Source of the DNA: Acholeplasma sp.
Lineage (GTDB): Bacteria; Bacillota_I; Bacilli_A; Acholeplasmatales; UBA5453
Assembly: GCA_036677365.1 (NCBI GenBank)
Contig: JAVBWN010000007.1
Location: 1-28,092, forward strand
Length of the DNA: 28,092 nucleotides
Direction: 5' to 3'
In this document: positions 1-8,935 of the stretch, piece by piece
How the letters are laid out: each line of letters starts with the position of its first letter
How positions within the stretch are numbered: the stretch's first letter is position 1
The notes under the pieces: generated by a model
Databases searched by the model: none
What the model was told of the DNA's origin: nothing
The model's input: the letters and a program-made list of their open reading frames with translations, nothing else
Position numbers and translations under genes: made by a program

Positions 1-432
1 ATCTATAAAGCAGCTAAACTCATCATGAATCACGCAGTTAAGAATAAGGTAAAACAAATCATCCTAGGTTATAATGACACCTTTAAAGATGAAAGACTAT
101 CAGATACCTATAATCAATGGACCAAGAGTATTCCAATCGCGAGACTTAGAGATCGAATCATCTATTTAGCAGAACAATTAGGTATCGAAACCAAAGTAAT
201 CAATGAAGCTTACACATCCAAAGCTTCATATCTGGACCAAGATGCGTTTGTTAAAGGTGATTTCTCTGGAGCTAGAATTAAAAGAGGTTTATATAAGAGT
301 CAAAAAGGCATCTTGATCAATGCCGATCAAAATGCCTCATTAAATATGATTCGAAAAGGTAATCCCGATGCCTTATGGATAGGGGATAAGGGAGTGAACA
401 CTCCTAAGCGAACATACCTATTTGGTGTGTAG
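1..432 (+). CDS. tnpB: RNA-guided endonuclease TnpB (IS200/IS605/IS1341-type), C-terminal part; 5' end lies outside the window
   Basis: Frame is open from base 1 (IYKAAKLIMN...). Motifs NEAYTSKASYLD, FSGARIKRGLY and RuvC-III-like INADQNASLNM. Confidence 0.9.
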   Translation: MYKAAKLIMNHAVKNKVKQIILGYNDTFKDERLSDTYNQWTKSIPIARLRDRIIYLAEQLGIETKVINEAYTSKASYLDQDAFVKGDFSGARIKRGLYKSQKGILINADQNASLNMIRKGNPDALWIGDKGVNTPKRTYLFGV

Positions 433-512
433 TCGCTTTAAATAAGACGAGTTAAATCGTTAAGAGGTATGTATCATAAATCATTCTGTAAAGGGTGATT
501 TATTCACCTCTT
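391..512 (+). ncRNA. Putative TnpB omegaRNA scaffold and transposon right end
   Basis: Hairpins overlapping the tnpB 3' end: GGAGTG/CACTCC (391-404); AAGCGA-ACATACC/GGTGTGT-AG-TCGCTT (406-438); ACGA/TCGT (447-460); 12-bp ATAAATCATTCT-GTAA-AGGGTGATTTAT (476-503), followed by TCAC (504-507). Confidence 0.65.
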
Positions 513-596
513 TGTTCTAAAGTTTGAGTGATACAGTATAATGAAGGTAGACATCAAATATGACATAATATCAACCACAGGAAGCAAGGTAATCAT

Positions 597-1316
597 ATGA
601 AATTAATCATCAAAATCATCAAAATCTCTAGCATTGTCATCATATCAGTCGTATTGTTGGCGGTATTGGGGTTATTTATCTACACGAGAGATTCGTATAA
701 ACCACTGAAAGCGATGTATGATGAAATCGAATCATTGGATTTACAAGGGATTCTAGTCATCGATGACTTTGATCAAATCAGTTATGTGGTTGAACAACCC
801 ATTAAAAATATAATCATTGTTCCTGGTGGAAAGGTAAAACCTGAAAGTTATCAATATTTAGCAATCAAACTGGCGCTATCAGGGTATGATGTTACGATTG
901 TAAAAACGGTATTCAATTTAGCCATACTTACCCCAAATTATGGGGCTAGATTTCTAGAAGAGGGGATCGATAATGTTGTGATTGGTCACTCTTTGGGTGG
1001 CACAGTGGGTAGTATGTTTAGCTCAAATGACGTTCGTGTTACCGAGTTGATATTTCTCGCAAGCTATCCAATTTCTGATGTATCGGATAAGCGTGTATTA
1101 GTCATTATCGGGGAATTTGATACTATTTTGGATATTGAAGACGTAGAAAAAAGTGAAAATCTACTACCAGATGATTATGCCTTATATGAAATATTGGGTG
1201 GTAACCATGCACAGTTTGGTTGGTACGGTCCTCAAAAAGGGGATGGTACACCTGTAATCTCAACCAAAGCACAACAAGATACACTCGTCGAATTGATTTT
1301 GAATTTTATCGATTAA
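597..1316 (+). CDS. Membrane-anchored alpha/beta hydrolase (Abhydrolase_5-like esterase)
   Basis: N-terminal TM helix, PGGKV, nucleophile elbow GHSLGG, GEFD, GGNHAQFGWYG. Confidence 0.85.
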   Translation: MKLIIKIIKISSIVIISVVLLAVLGLFIYTRDSYKPLKAMYDEIESLDLQGILVIDDFDQISYVVEQPIKNIIIVPGGKVKPESYQYLAIKLALSGYDVTIVKTVFNLAILTPNYGARFLEEGIDNVVIGHSLGGTVGSMFSSNDVRVTELIFLASYPISDVSDKRVLVIIGEFDTILDIEDVEKSENLLPDDYALYEILGGNHAQFGWYGPQKGDGTPVISTKAQQDTLVELILNFID

Positions 1317-1353
1317 TTATTTTATTCATACAAATAGATGATTCATTAAAGAA

Positions 1354-1899
1354 ATGAGTGATGGCATGAAAAATATACGTTGGTATTATGTTCTAATTTC
1401 TTTAGGCATCTTTGTTTTATTCATGATTTTTGTTTTACCTAACGAATCACAAAAAAGCAGTGCTTTAGGCCTTGAATCCAGTCCAGACACTTCATGGTTC
1501 TATACAAGCGATGAACTATACGATATTGCCAATCAATACGGTCTAGAAGGGCGACGTTTTTACATTGAACAACGTTTTACATTTGATTTGATTTGGCCAT
1601 TGGTTTATGGCTTGTTCCTCACAATAGCACTGGCATTCTTTTGTCAGTCTAGTGTGCAGGGTTGGTTGAAGAAGTTGTATTTACTACCAGTATTCGCAGT
1701 GGGTTTGGATTATACAGAAAATATCTTTACCGCCACCGTCATGTATCGCTATCCTAAAGAAACCTTCCTCATGGCAGATATTGCTGGTTATATCACAATG
1801 TTGAAGTGGATGACACTGATGATGTCTTTTATGCTATTGATATTGATTGTTACGATATATGTTATTAGACTCATGAAAAAGGAGACAAAACATGACTAA
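1354..1899 (+). CDS. Integral membrane protein of unknown function (about 4 TM)
   Basis: Hydrophobic segments, DLIWPLVY and DYTEN motifs; overlaps the next gene. Confidence 0.75.
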   Translation: MSDGMKNIRWYYVLISLGIFVLFMIFVLPNESQKSSALGLESSPDTSWFYTSDELYDIANQYGLEGRRFYIEQRFTFDLIWPLVYGLFLTIALAFFCQSSVQGWLKKLYLLPVFAVGLDYTENIFTATVMYRYPKETFLMADIAGYITMLKWMTLMMSFMLLILIVTIYVIRLMKKETKHD

Positions 1900-2233
1900 A
1901 AGATTGATTTATGGCTTGATTTTAGGGGCATTGTTAGGCATTGTTTGCATCATTGGTGCAGGGCTCAGAATGCCTGGTGAATTGTCTTTTCTTTATCTGT
2001 TTTCATTTTGGTTCAATCGCTTGTTGATGGGTTTAGTGATTGGGTTATTTGCAAAACCAAAATCCATCACAACGGCTATATTTAGAGGCATTTTATTAGG
2101 TGCATTCGTCTCTTTCGCATTCTATAGTTCAACTGAATTCTTAGACTTCACTGGCTTTATGGCTGGTGTGGTCTACGGTATCATCATTGAAACGGTTTTA
2201 TTTTATACCCTGCCAATGAAATCCATAAAATAA
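1892..2233 (+). CDS. Small 4-TM membrane protein
   Basis: RBS AAGGAG upstream of the ATG; four Gly-rich hydrophobic helices. Confidence 0.75.
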   Translation: MTKRLIYGLILGALLGIVCIIGAGLRMPGELSFLYLFSFWFNRLLMGLVIGLFAKPKSITTAIFRGILLGAFVSFAFYSSTEFLDFTGFMAGVVYGIIIETVLFYTLPMKSIK

Positions 2234-2245
2234 TGAGGTAATACT

Positions 2246-2869
2246 ATGATAGAAAAAATGCTCAAAGATAAAAACATTCAATGGAATCATGTACCAGAAA
2301 CACATCAATCCTTAATACAAACCTATCCATCATTATCAAAAGCCCCATTCGATGTTGTTTTTTCGTTTGTATATACACTCAATGAGATGTCAGAAGTCAT
2401 CCTAGAAGCTGAAAAACAACTTCAAGCAGAGGGAATGTTGTACCTATGTTACCCCAAACTTAAGAATGCTTTAGGGGTGTCAGGAATCCATCGTGACCAT
2501 ATTTTTCCCCATCTTAAAGTTAATGAGGATACAGGCTATATCGGTGATAGTCAAATGCGTTTCAATCGTATGATTTCATTGGATGAGAACTATACGTTAT
2601 TGGGTGTTAAATATGATACGAAGATGAAATCACGTCCAGCAGTATCCATGAAAGTAGAAGATTATGAACAACATGTTCCAGACATCCTAAACATACTGAA
2701 AAATGATCCGTGTCTGAAATTCTATGAATCACTCACTCCGGGGTATCAAAAAGGTTGGGCTAGATATGTTTTTTCAGCGAAAACGAATGAAACCAAACAA
2801 AAACGCATCAATGAGATGAGGATACTTCTCAATCAAGGAATAAAATCCAAAGATTTGGCAAATAAGTGA
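2246..2869 (+). CDS. YdeI/OmpD-associated (OmdA-like) family protein
   Basis: LYLCYPK motif in the N-terminal half; C-terminal FYESLTPGYQKGWARYVFSAKTNETKQKRI typical of YdeI/OmdA; RBS GAGGT. Confidence 0.8.
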   Translation: MIEKMLKDKNIQWNHVPETHQSLIQTYPSLSKAPFDVVFSFVYTLNEMSEVILEAEKQLQAEGMLYLCYPKLKNALGVSGIHRDHIFPHLKVNEDTGYIGDSQMRFNRMISLDENYTLLGVKYDTKMKSRPAVSMKVEDYEQHVPDILNILKNDPCLKFYESLTPGYQKGWARYVFSAKTNETKQKRINEMRILLNQGIKSKDLANK

Positions 2870-2944
2870 TTTCTGCGCATAACGTGTGATAAATTGGTAT
2901 CGTCATGCTAGAATAGATACTGTACGAAAGTAGGTATCTGTCAT

Positions 2945-3253
2945 ATGAAAAAAGTCATTAAGTTTAATTTTGAAGGCAAAGAAGGGTTCTTAAGTTTGGT
3001 TGAAATCAATCAACGTGTGTTTGCATTGGTAAAGAAAGATACACCTAAAGTTCAAAATATCCTCGCTACAAATCAGCTGTTGATCTCTTATGAACTCAAA
3101 CAAAACGCGACATTCAGTCCGGTAGAAGCACACATCATTTTCGACTCGAATATCATTGAACAAGTGTATCGTCAGCTAGAAATCGAAAAGAACTTATATT
3201 TCAAAGCATTGGATGATACGTTGTGTGTCATTGAAATTGGGCAATCAAATTAG
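2945..3253 (+). CDS. Small protein, possibly a pyridoxamine-5'-phosphate-oxidase-like split barrel
   Basis: KDTPKVQNI and YF...DD.LCVIEI patterns resemble PNPOx/GSP26-like proteins; RBS AGGT; followed by a terminator. Confidence 0.5.
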   Translation: MKKVIKFNFEGKEGFLSLVEINQRVFALVKKDTPKVQNILATNQLLISYELKQNATFSPVEAHIIFDSNIIEQVYRQLEIEKNLYFKALDDTLCVIEIGQSN

Positions 3254-3258
3254 TCATG

Positions 3259-3294
3259 AACCACGGGTAAACAACCGTGGTTTTTTATTTTTTT
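3259..3294 (+). terminator. Rho-independent terminator
   Basis: AACCACGG-N8-CCGTGGTT followed by a T-rich tract. Confidence 0.85.
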
Positions 3295-3364
3295 CAGCAC
3301 AATCAAATTTTTAAAGATATAATGAAGGTGAAGTATACAATCCATTCAAAATCGGAGGATCACG

Positions 3365-5683
3365 ATGAACAACCTATTTAAGATGTTCTTGAAGTCCCAA
3401 AAACTAGCAAAGGTACGTATGATGCTGGTGATCATTATTTTTGGTGCGATTACTTTTTTTGTTTTTAAAACAGCACCAGCACCTAAAGATATCTTACAAG
3501 TGGATACCTCAGGCGGAACCATTACGATTCATGAGGGAAAACTGAAAGGTTTTTCCATTGATATACCAGAAGCAGCTTATACATCAACGGTTACCTTCGA
3601 TATCACTTCTAAGCCTTTTGATAATAATGAAGTGCCGGATTTATTTGAAGCCATTACGCCATTGATCCATATTGACAATCAAAACACCCCGGCACAACAA
3701 CCCTTAACAGTGACGATACCGATTGATCTAGATACCGATCATGAGTACGCAATGGCTTTTTATTATGATGAAACAGATGGTTCATTTGAAGCCATTCCAA
3801 CCATAGCATTAACCGATGACCACATAAAAATCATGACTTCACATTTTAGTAGCATTGTTGTTTCTAAAGTTAAAATGTCAGATTTGTTTGAATTGGTATT
3901 TATGAGTCCAGAAAAATTCGATTCTGGGTTTGAAGCCGGCATCGATGATTTTCCTTTTGATAATTATGGGTCAGAAATCGCTCCAGAGGGGCATTGTGCA
4001 GGCCAATCTTTAGGTATGATATGGTACTACACAGAACGAAAATTGAAATACAGTGATGAAAATCTATTCACAAGATTTAATCAAAAAACGCCAGATTTTT
4101 GGATTGATGACAGTGATGCCTATCGATTTGCTTCTGTTTTACAAGATACATTTGACTTTGATTCAGACAAATTCGATCATTTTTTTGAAATGCTTGATGC
4201 TTTAGACCAAGCACGATTTCTTTCTGTAGCCTATGCCCTATATATGACGCGGGAACCCCAATTATTCGCCATTTATAAAACCGATGAAGTAACCAATGAA
4301 GTATATGGCCACGCGTTGGTTGTGAACAAACTAACGTATGATCTGAATCAATATAAAATCCACATCGTAGACCCGAATTTTCATGGGGATACCAGCCGCT
4401 TCATAAATTATCATGAACAGACAGGATTTGGTACTTATTATTCTGGTAGTAATGCAGAAGACATCGCCAATGAAAAAGGAATTAACTATGATCGTATCGC
4501 ACATATTGGGCAGTCGGCGTTCACCGATTATAAATTTATTGATGAGCAATATAAAAAAGTGCTCGATGGTACCATCGGAGACACCTACTTTTCTGAAGTG
4601 AGATTTGAATATTTACGTAAAACAGTAGAAGACACTTGGGTCTGGACGCCTCTAAGTAATACATTGGATTATGAAGGTCATGCGAAGGATAATGTCTTAT
4701 CGAATACAGAGATTGCTATACGTGTGATTGCAAAATGGCAAAACTATCAAGTGACACTGTTTAAGAATCAAGAAACAATCGCTTCAGAGTTTACAAATAA
4801 CTGGGATAAGGTTACCTTCATCGTAGACTTAGGTGTAGGTAAAAATGCGATTGGTATACTATATTCAAAATTGGATAGAAAAATCATCACAGAAGATTTT
4901 AAGCAAAAATACAATGCCTATCATCATTTTGACATCACTTTGGTTCAAACAGAACCCATTGTATACGATATTGACGAAATTCGGGCAGGTTTACCTGGCC
5001 AATACATCGAAGTAGAACGCAGCTCAGGTGTGGATATAAACTACCCTCATCTAGAGATTACAATTTCAGAAAAAGTAGACACCTACATGCGGTTTGTTTA
5101 CTTTGATCATGCCCTAAAAACAACCAATAAAAAAGGGGACTGGTTCGCCTCATTAACTGTGCCTGGATACGAATCGGGCACACCAATACTCATTTTAGAT
5201 GATTACCGTCAATCAGATCATTATCTCATAGACCCAAGTGCACAAACGATTAAACGCTTACTCAGTAATGGGGAGTACATCCTTTATGAGAAGCAACCAA
5301 GCGTAACCTATGTCTATTACTATTATCACCGTGTTCAAATGATCCAAGTTTCTGGTAATGTCTATGATTATGTATATGCTTTGATTGAAGGACCGATTGT
5401 TTACGACAAACAGTGGAAAATCGACATGATGAATCCAGATGGTAACTCTGGTCAAGACGAAGTGATATTCTATACCAACAATCCCATTTTTGATGTGTAT
5501 TTTAGAGATTCACGAAGTTTATATCCATTTTATCGAATCGCCAGCGGTGGATCAGGCACATACATCAGTATGACATCTGGCGATCAGTATACACTCACAA
5601 TCGAAATCAGAAACTATGTAGATGGCGCTTGGGTTATCACTGAAACTCAAACATTTGAATTCAGTGCAGATTTCACCCAATAA
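3365..5683 (+). CDS. Large membrane-anchored surface protein: ZU5-like domain with HFS motif plus putative papain-like cysteine peptidase domain
   Basis: RBS GGAGG; N-terminal TM; beta-rich SIDIPEAA...PLTVTIP...TSHFS; GHCAG (C211), GHAL (H316), VDPN (D336). Confidence 0.6.
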   Translation: MNNLFKMFLKSQKLAKVRMMLVIIIFGAITFFVFKTAPAPKDILQVDTSGGTITIHEGKLKGFSIDIPEAAYTSTVTFDITSKPFDNNEVPDLFEAITPLIHIDNQNTPAQQPLTVTIPIDLDTDHEYAMAFYYDETDGSFEAIPTIALTDDHIKIMTSHFSSIVVSKVKMSDLFELVFMSPEKFDSGFEAGIDDFPFDNYGSEIAPEGHCAGQSLGMIWYYTERKLKYSDENLFTRFNQKTPDFWIDDSDAYRFASVLQDTFDFDSDKFDHFFEMLDALDQARFLSVAYALYMTREPQLFAIYKTDEVTNEVYGHALVVNKLTYDLNQYKIHIVDPNFHGDTSRFINYHEQTGFGTYYSGSNAEDIANEKGINYDRIAHIGQSAFTDYKFIDEQYKKVLDGTIGDTYFSEVRFEYLRKTVEDTWVWTPLSNTLDYEGHAKDNVLSNTEIAIRVIAKWQNYQVTLFKNQETIASEFTNNWDKVTFIVDLGVGKNAIGILYSKLDRKIITEDFKQKYNAYHHFDITLVQTEPIVYDIDEIRAGLPGQYIEVERSSGVDINYPHLEITISEKVDTYMRFVYFDHALKTTNKKGDWFASLTVPGYESGTPILILDDYRQSDHYLIDPSAQTIKRLLSNGEYILYEKQPSVTYVYYYYHRVQMIQVSGNVYDYVYALIEGPIVYDKQWKIDMMNPDGNSGQDEVIFYTNNPIFDVYFRDSRSLYPFYRIASGGSGTYISMTSGDQYTLTIEIRNYVDGAWVITETQTFEFSADFTQ

Positions 5684-5708
5684 AAAGAACCTCGTTAGAG
5701 GTCCTTTA
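5684..5708. terminator. Probable bidirectional terminator between convergent genes
   Basis: ACCTC-GTTA-GAGGT stem with A-run before and CTTT after. Confidence 0.6.
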
Positions 5709-5721
5709 TGCATAAATAAGG

Positions 5722-6135
5722 TTAAGACTTAGATTGAAACAGGTTGGCTGTTTCTTGTGAGAATGTGATGATGATGACACTGCCTTCACGAATGACGAGT
5801 CTGCCTTCAGTGGCTTCAATCATCAATTCGTCATAGAAATCTTCGGCTTGAGCATCGGTCTTTAAAACGACGATTTCCGCCCAACGTTCATTACCGTTCA
5901 CATAACCAACATAAAGTTCTACGACGTCTACATTCAAGTCATATTTCTCGTTGATCATATTGGCTTGATAATATTCTCGTGAATCTTCATCACGTGTTTC
6001 GAAGGCATAACCGTCTTCTTCCAATGTATCGATGACTTCAGTCGCTTTGTTTGAAGTGGTACCGCCACCACAACCAACCAAAACCAAACCCAGTCCTAAA
6101 AATACCACGAGTAATACGACTAACTTTCTCATCAT
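5722..6135 (-). CDS. Lipoprotein of unknown function
   Basis: Signal peptide MMRKLVVLLVVFLGLGLVLVGC with lipobox LVG-C; RBS GAGGGAG; acidic mature domain. Confidence 0.85.
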   Translation of the reverse strand: MMRKLVVLLVVFLGLGLVLVGCGGGTTSNKATEVIDTLEEDGYAFETRDEDSREYYQANMINEKYDLNVDVVELYVGYVNGNERWAEIVVLKTDAQAEDFYDELMIEATEGRLVIREGSVIIITFSQETANLFQSKS

Positions 6136-6286
6136 ACGCTCCCTCTGTATGTTTAGGCATCACAAGGATGTCTTGATATTCTAAGCATATCACTTTGTCA
6201 AAACATATGCAATGCGGACTTTTTATGAAATAATTCACTTTTTATACAAAAAAACCAATAAAAACAACAATATGGGAGGTTTTATT

Positions 6287-6967
6287 ATGGAGTTTGTTAT
6301 TGTCGCGGTGGTATTTGTATTCATTGGATTGATTGCAGTTATGGTTGGTTTTTTCGTCATGCAAAACAATCAAAAGAAACAGAAGAATGCACCGATTGAA
6401 CGGGTCTTTGTTAAAGTTGGTAGTGCATATACAGAAACAAAAGTGATGAATCAAAACTTTACATCTGGTACAGTGGATAGTGCCGGAGGCTATGAGCAAA
6501 AAGGATACTATGTTCAGTTTCGAACCAAACAAAACAAGAAACTGACGTTTAGATTAAAGAAAAAAGAATGGTTCAAATATCACGAGGGTGATACAGGTAT
6601 GTTGACATATCAAGGCTATAAAATCCTAAGTTTTGATTCCTTAGAAGCACCAGTAGCCGATCCATATTTTGATCAATCCAAGTCATCTGATTTATATCGA
6701 ATTTATGGAGAAGCCGCTGAGTTGAATTTTTCTATCCCCTCAAATCAATCACTGAAGTTCGAAATAAATGAACTGAAACGCTTCATTCAAGACCTCAAGG
6801 ATGATAAGAGTGATTGGTTTTTTACCATTGAATATCAAAATGATATACACCAATATGAAAAAGTTTCAGATGATGAAGTTCAAGAAACCATCATTCAATC
6901 TGGGGTAGTCCATCCTATTCGAATTCATCAGTTATTTACCCACATTCAATCCTGGCTTAAATCATAA
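6287..6967 (+). CDS. DUF2500-like membrane-anchored protein with an extra C-terminal domain
   Basis: Start moved to ATG 6287 after RBS GGAGGT; TM then NAPIE...YYVQF...EGDTGMLTYQGYK pattern. Confidence 0.7.
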   Translation: MEFVIVAVVFVFIGLIAVMVGFFVMQNNQKKQKNAPIERVFVKVGSAYTETKVMNQNFTSGTVDSAGGYEQKGYYVQFRTKQNKKLTFRLKKKEWFKYHEGDTGMLTYQGYKILSFDSLEAPVADPYFDQSKSSDLYRIYGEAAELNFSIPSNQSLKFEINELKRFIQDLKDDKSDWFFTIEYQNDIHQYEKVSDDEVQETIIQSGVVHPIRIHQLFTHIQSWLKS

Positions 6968-7062
6968 TTTAAAATTAAGTGAAGCGAAAAAATTAAATGT
7001 TATTAAAATGAATAAAAATGATATAATACTCGTAATCCTAATTATAAAAGAGGTGTCTAATA

Positions 7063-7836
7063 ATGAACCAATCTACCATATTGATACGTGTATTATCCAT
7101 CATTTTTTTCCCATTGTTGTTAATCTTTGTTACCCATTTTATTGAAAATAAGGTCAGCAATCGTCAAGTATTGACCCAGTTTGATAATGTATATGAAGTG
7201 AGTGATCCAGGGGTTATACGCATCGATTTTGTATCTAAACTAATGAATGACACAGTCACAGTAAAATCCATAGAACATTTAGAACCTAGTACGAATACCT
7301 TCTTATTAGAATATACGTATCAAGATACGGTTGTTGCACTTTATGAGGTTACTGTGAGAAGTGATCATGGCGCGATGAACATTGTTTTAGATACCAGTCA
7401 AAGCGATGGAAATACGGTAGGTTTTATTGGATATGAATCTAGTGGTAACATCGGATTTGTGTTTGAAAAACGAATCAATGAAACCACGATTCAACCCAAA
7501 ATCATCGTATCGATTGAACCAACAAACACTCAAAAATACATCACCGTTGGTGTACATATCCTATGGATTCTTGGTGTTTTTCTGATAAATCTATTTCACG
7601 GAATCAAAGCGTATCGTGCTCATATTTTTAAAGCTACCCAACCATTTGGGGCTTGGGACCGCATCAAATATTTGTTGATTGGTCTATTGATTCCATTTGG
7701 AGGCCCGTTACTTTACATCATTGGGGGCACAGATTTATACAACGACTATCGCGTTAGGATGGGGAATTACGCGGCTTTTGGATTTATGGTAACATTTACT
7801 TTGTATGTCATTGTCAGAACTTTCCCACTCATATAA
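7063..7836 (+). CDS. Membrane protein of unknown function (N-terminal TM, extracytoplasmic domain, 3 C-terminal TM)
   Basis: RBS GAGGTG; hydropathy pattern. Confidence 0.7.
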   Translation: MNQSTILIRVLSIIFFPLLLIFVTHFIENKVSNRQVLTQFDNVYEVSDPGVIRIDFVSKLMNDTVTVKSIEHLEPSTNTFLLEYTYQDTVVALYEVTVRSDHGAMNIVLDTSQSDGNTVGFIGYESSGNIGFVFEKRINETTIQPKIIVSIEPTNTQKYITVGVHILWILGVFLINLFHGIKAYRAHIFKATQPFGAWDRIKYLLIGLLIPFGGPLLYIIGGTDLYNDYRVRMGNYAAFGFMVTFTLYVIVRTFPLI

Positions 7837-7840
7837 TCAT

Positions 7841-7871
7841 GACAACCACGGATCCAGTGTCCGTGGTTGTC
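7841..7871. terminator. Perfect 12-bp hairpin directly after the 7063-7836 stop (probable terminator or mRNA 3' stabiliser)
   Basis: GACAACCACGGA-N7-TCCGTGGTTGTC; no T-tract on +, so polarity is unclear. Confidence 0.6.
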
Positions 7872-7875
7872 TCAT

Positions 7876-7900
7876 AAAAAAAGTCCCCAAACTTGGGGAC
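7876..7900 (-). terminator. Rho-independent terminator of the GGDEF gene
   Basis: GTCCCCAA/TTGGGGAC inverted repeat followed by T7 on the minus strand. Confidence 0.8.
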
Positions 7901-7927
7901 AAATTCTAATTTGATTTTTTCTTATGT

Positions 7928-8848
7928 CTAACTTTCGATGGCATATAAGAAATTATTTTTTCCAGAGGCTTTGACTTCATACATCAAAGAGTCCGCTTTG
8001 CGCGCGAGGTCTTCCGATTTGGTTGCTTTCATGACGCCCATCGAAATGGTGAGTTGGATATCTGTGTTGTTGATTTTAAGTTCTCGAACACCCGCCATGA
8101 TTTTATTGGACAAGTTCAGTATTTCTTCAGAAGAACCAATCAATAAGCCAATAAACTCATCCCCACCTAAACGGTAGAAATGATTGTCGTTATATTGAAG
8201 AGACTTTAACAGTTTTCCAAACTCCACCAAGCACACATTTCCAATGGCATGTCCATAACGGTCATTGATGTTTTTAAAATTATCAAAATCCATGAACATA
8301 ACATGGAAACCAGGTTTATAATACTTCAATCCATAATGGTAATCAAAGGTATATTTGTTGAATAATTGGGTGAGTGAATCGGTATGGGTCTTATAAAATG
8401 TTTCTTCCTCTTGTGTATGTAAAACCGTCACATCAGTTACGGTAAAAATACTGATGTTTTCTTGTTTAGATGAGGGGAATATGTTGAATCTTAGCCATTT
8501 TCTAATACCATTATACATGATTGGAAAGCTCACATCTTTAGGTGTTTTAAAATCATGTAACTCATGATAAACCCCTTGATAATAGGCTTCTTTACCCGCC
8601 ACATAACCATAGCTGTTGTTGTAGTCGAATGCAGCCAAAATCGTAGAAAGTTTGATGGATTTTGCATCCTCAAAACCAATCAAATCTAAACTGCCTGTGA
8701 CAACCTCAAGTTCGATGTCTGAAGGGTTTTTACAATCCGCGAATAAAATGATGCGTTCTTGACGAGCCAAAAGAATGTCTTCAATGACATCTAGATGATA
8801 ATCATCCCTTAAGCGTTGAGATGCCTCCAAAAAGTATTTATTTTTCAT
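7928..8848 (-). CDS. Diguanylate cyclase (GGDEF) with a PAS-like N-terminal region
   Basis: DSLTQLFN, DFDNFKNINDRYGHAIGN, RLGGDEF, SMG, ADSLMYEVKASGKN; RBS GGGGGAG; VTDVT PAS-GGDEF linker. Confidence 0.92.
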   Translation of the reverse strand: MKNKYFLEASQRLRDDYHLDVIEDILLARQERIILFADCKNPSDIELEVVTGSLDLIGFEDAKSIKLSTILAAFDYNNSYGYVAGKEAYYQGVYHELHDFKTPKDVSFPIMYNGIRKWLRFNIFPSSKQENISIFTVTDVTVLHTQEEETFYKTHTDSLTQLFNKYTFDYHYGLKYYKPGFHVMFMDFDNFKNINDRYGHAIGNVCLVEFGKLLKSLQYNDNHFYRLGGDEFIGLLIGSSEEILNLSNKIMAGVRELKINNTDIQLTISMGVMKATKSEDLARKADSLMYEVKASGKNNFLYAIES

Positions 8849-8896
8849 GTGAATCTCCCCCTAAAAAACAAACCAATACATAAAATAAAAATCAAA

Positions 8897-8926
8897 ACAA
8901 AATCGCTCATTTCATATAGAAATAAG
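8897..8926 (-). terminator. Candidate expression-platform terminator of the c-di-GMP riboswitch
   Basis: Minus strand CTTATTTC-TATAT-GAAATGAG (8 bp, one G-U) followed by CGATTTTGTTTTG; weak stem. Confidence 0.45.
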
Positions 8927-8935
8927 GAATTCATC

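Noticed and set aside
508..527. Self-targeting of the left TnpB guide within the window
   Set aside because: Only short matches of about 7 nt (CTCTTTG) were seen by eye, which is expected by chance.
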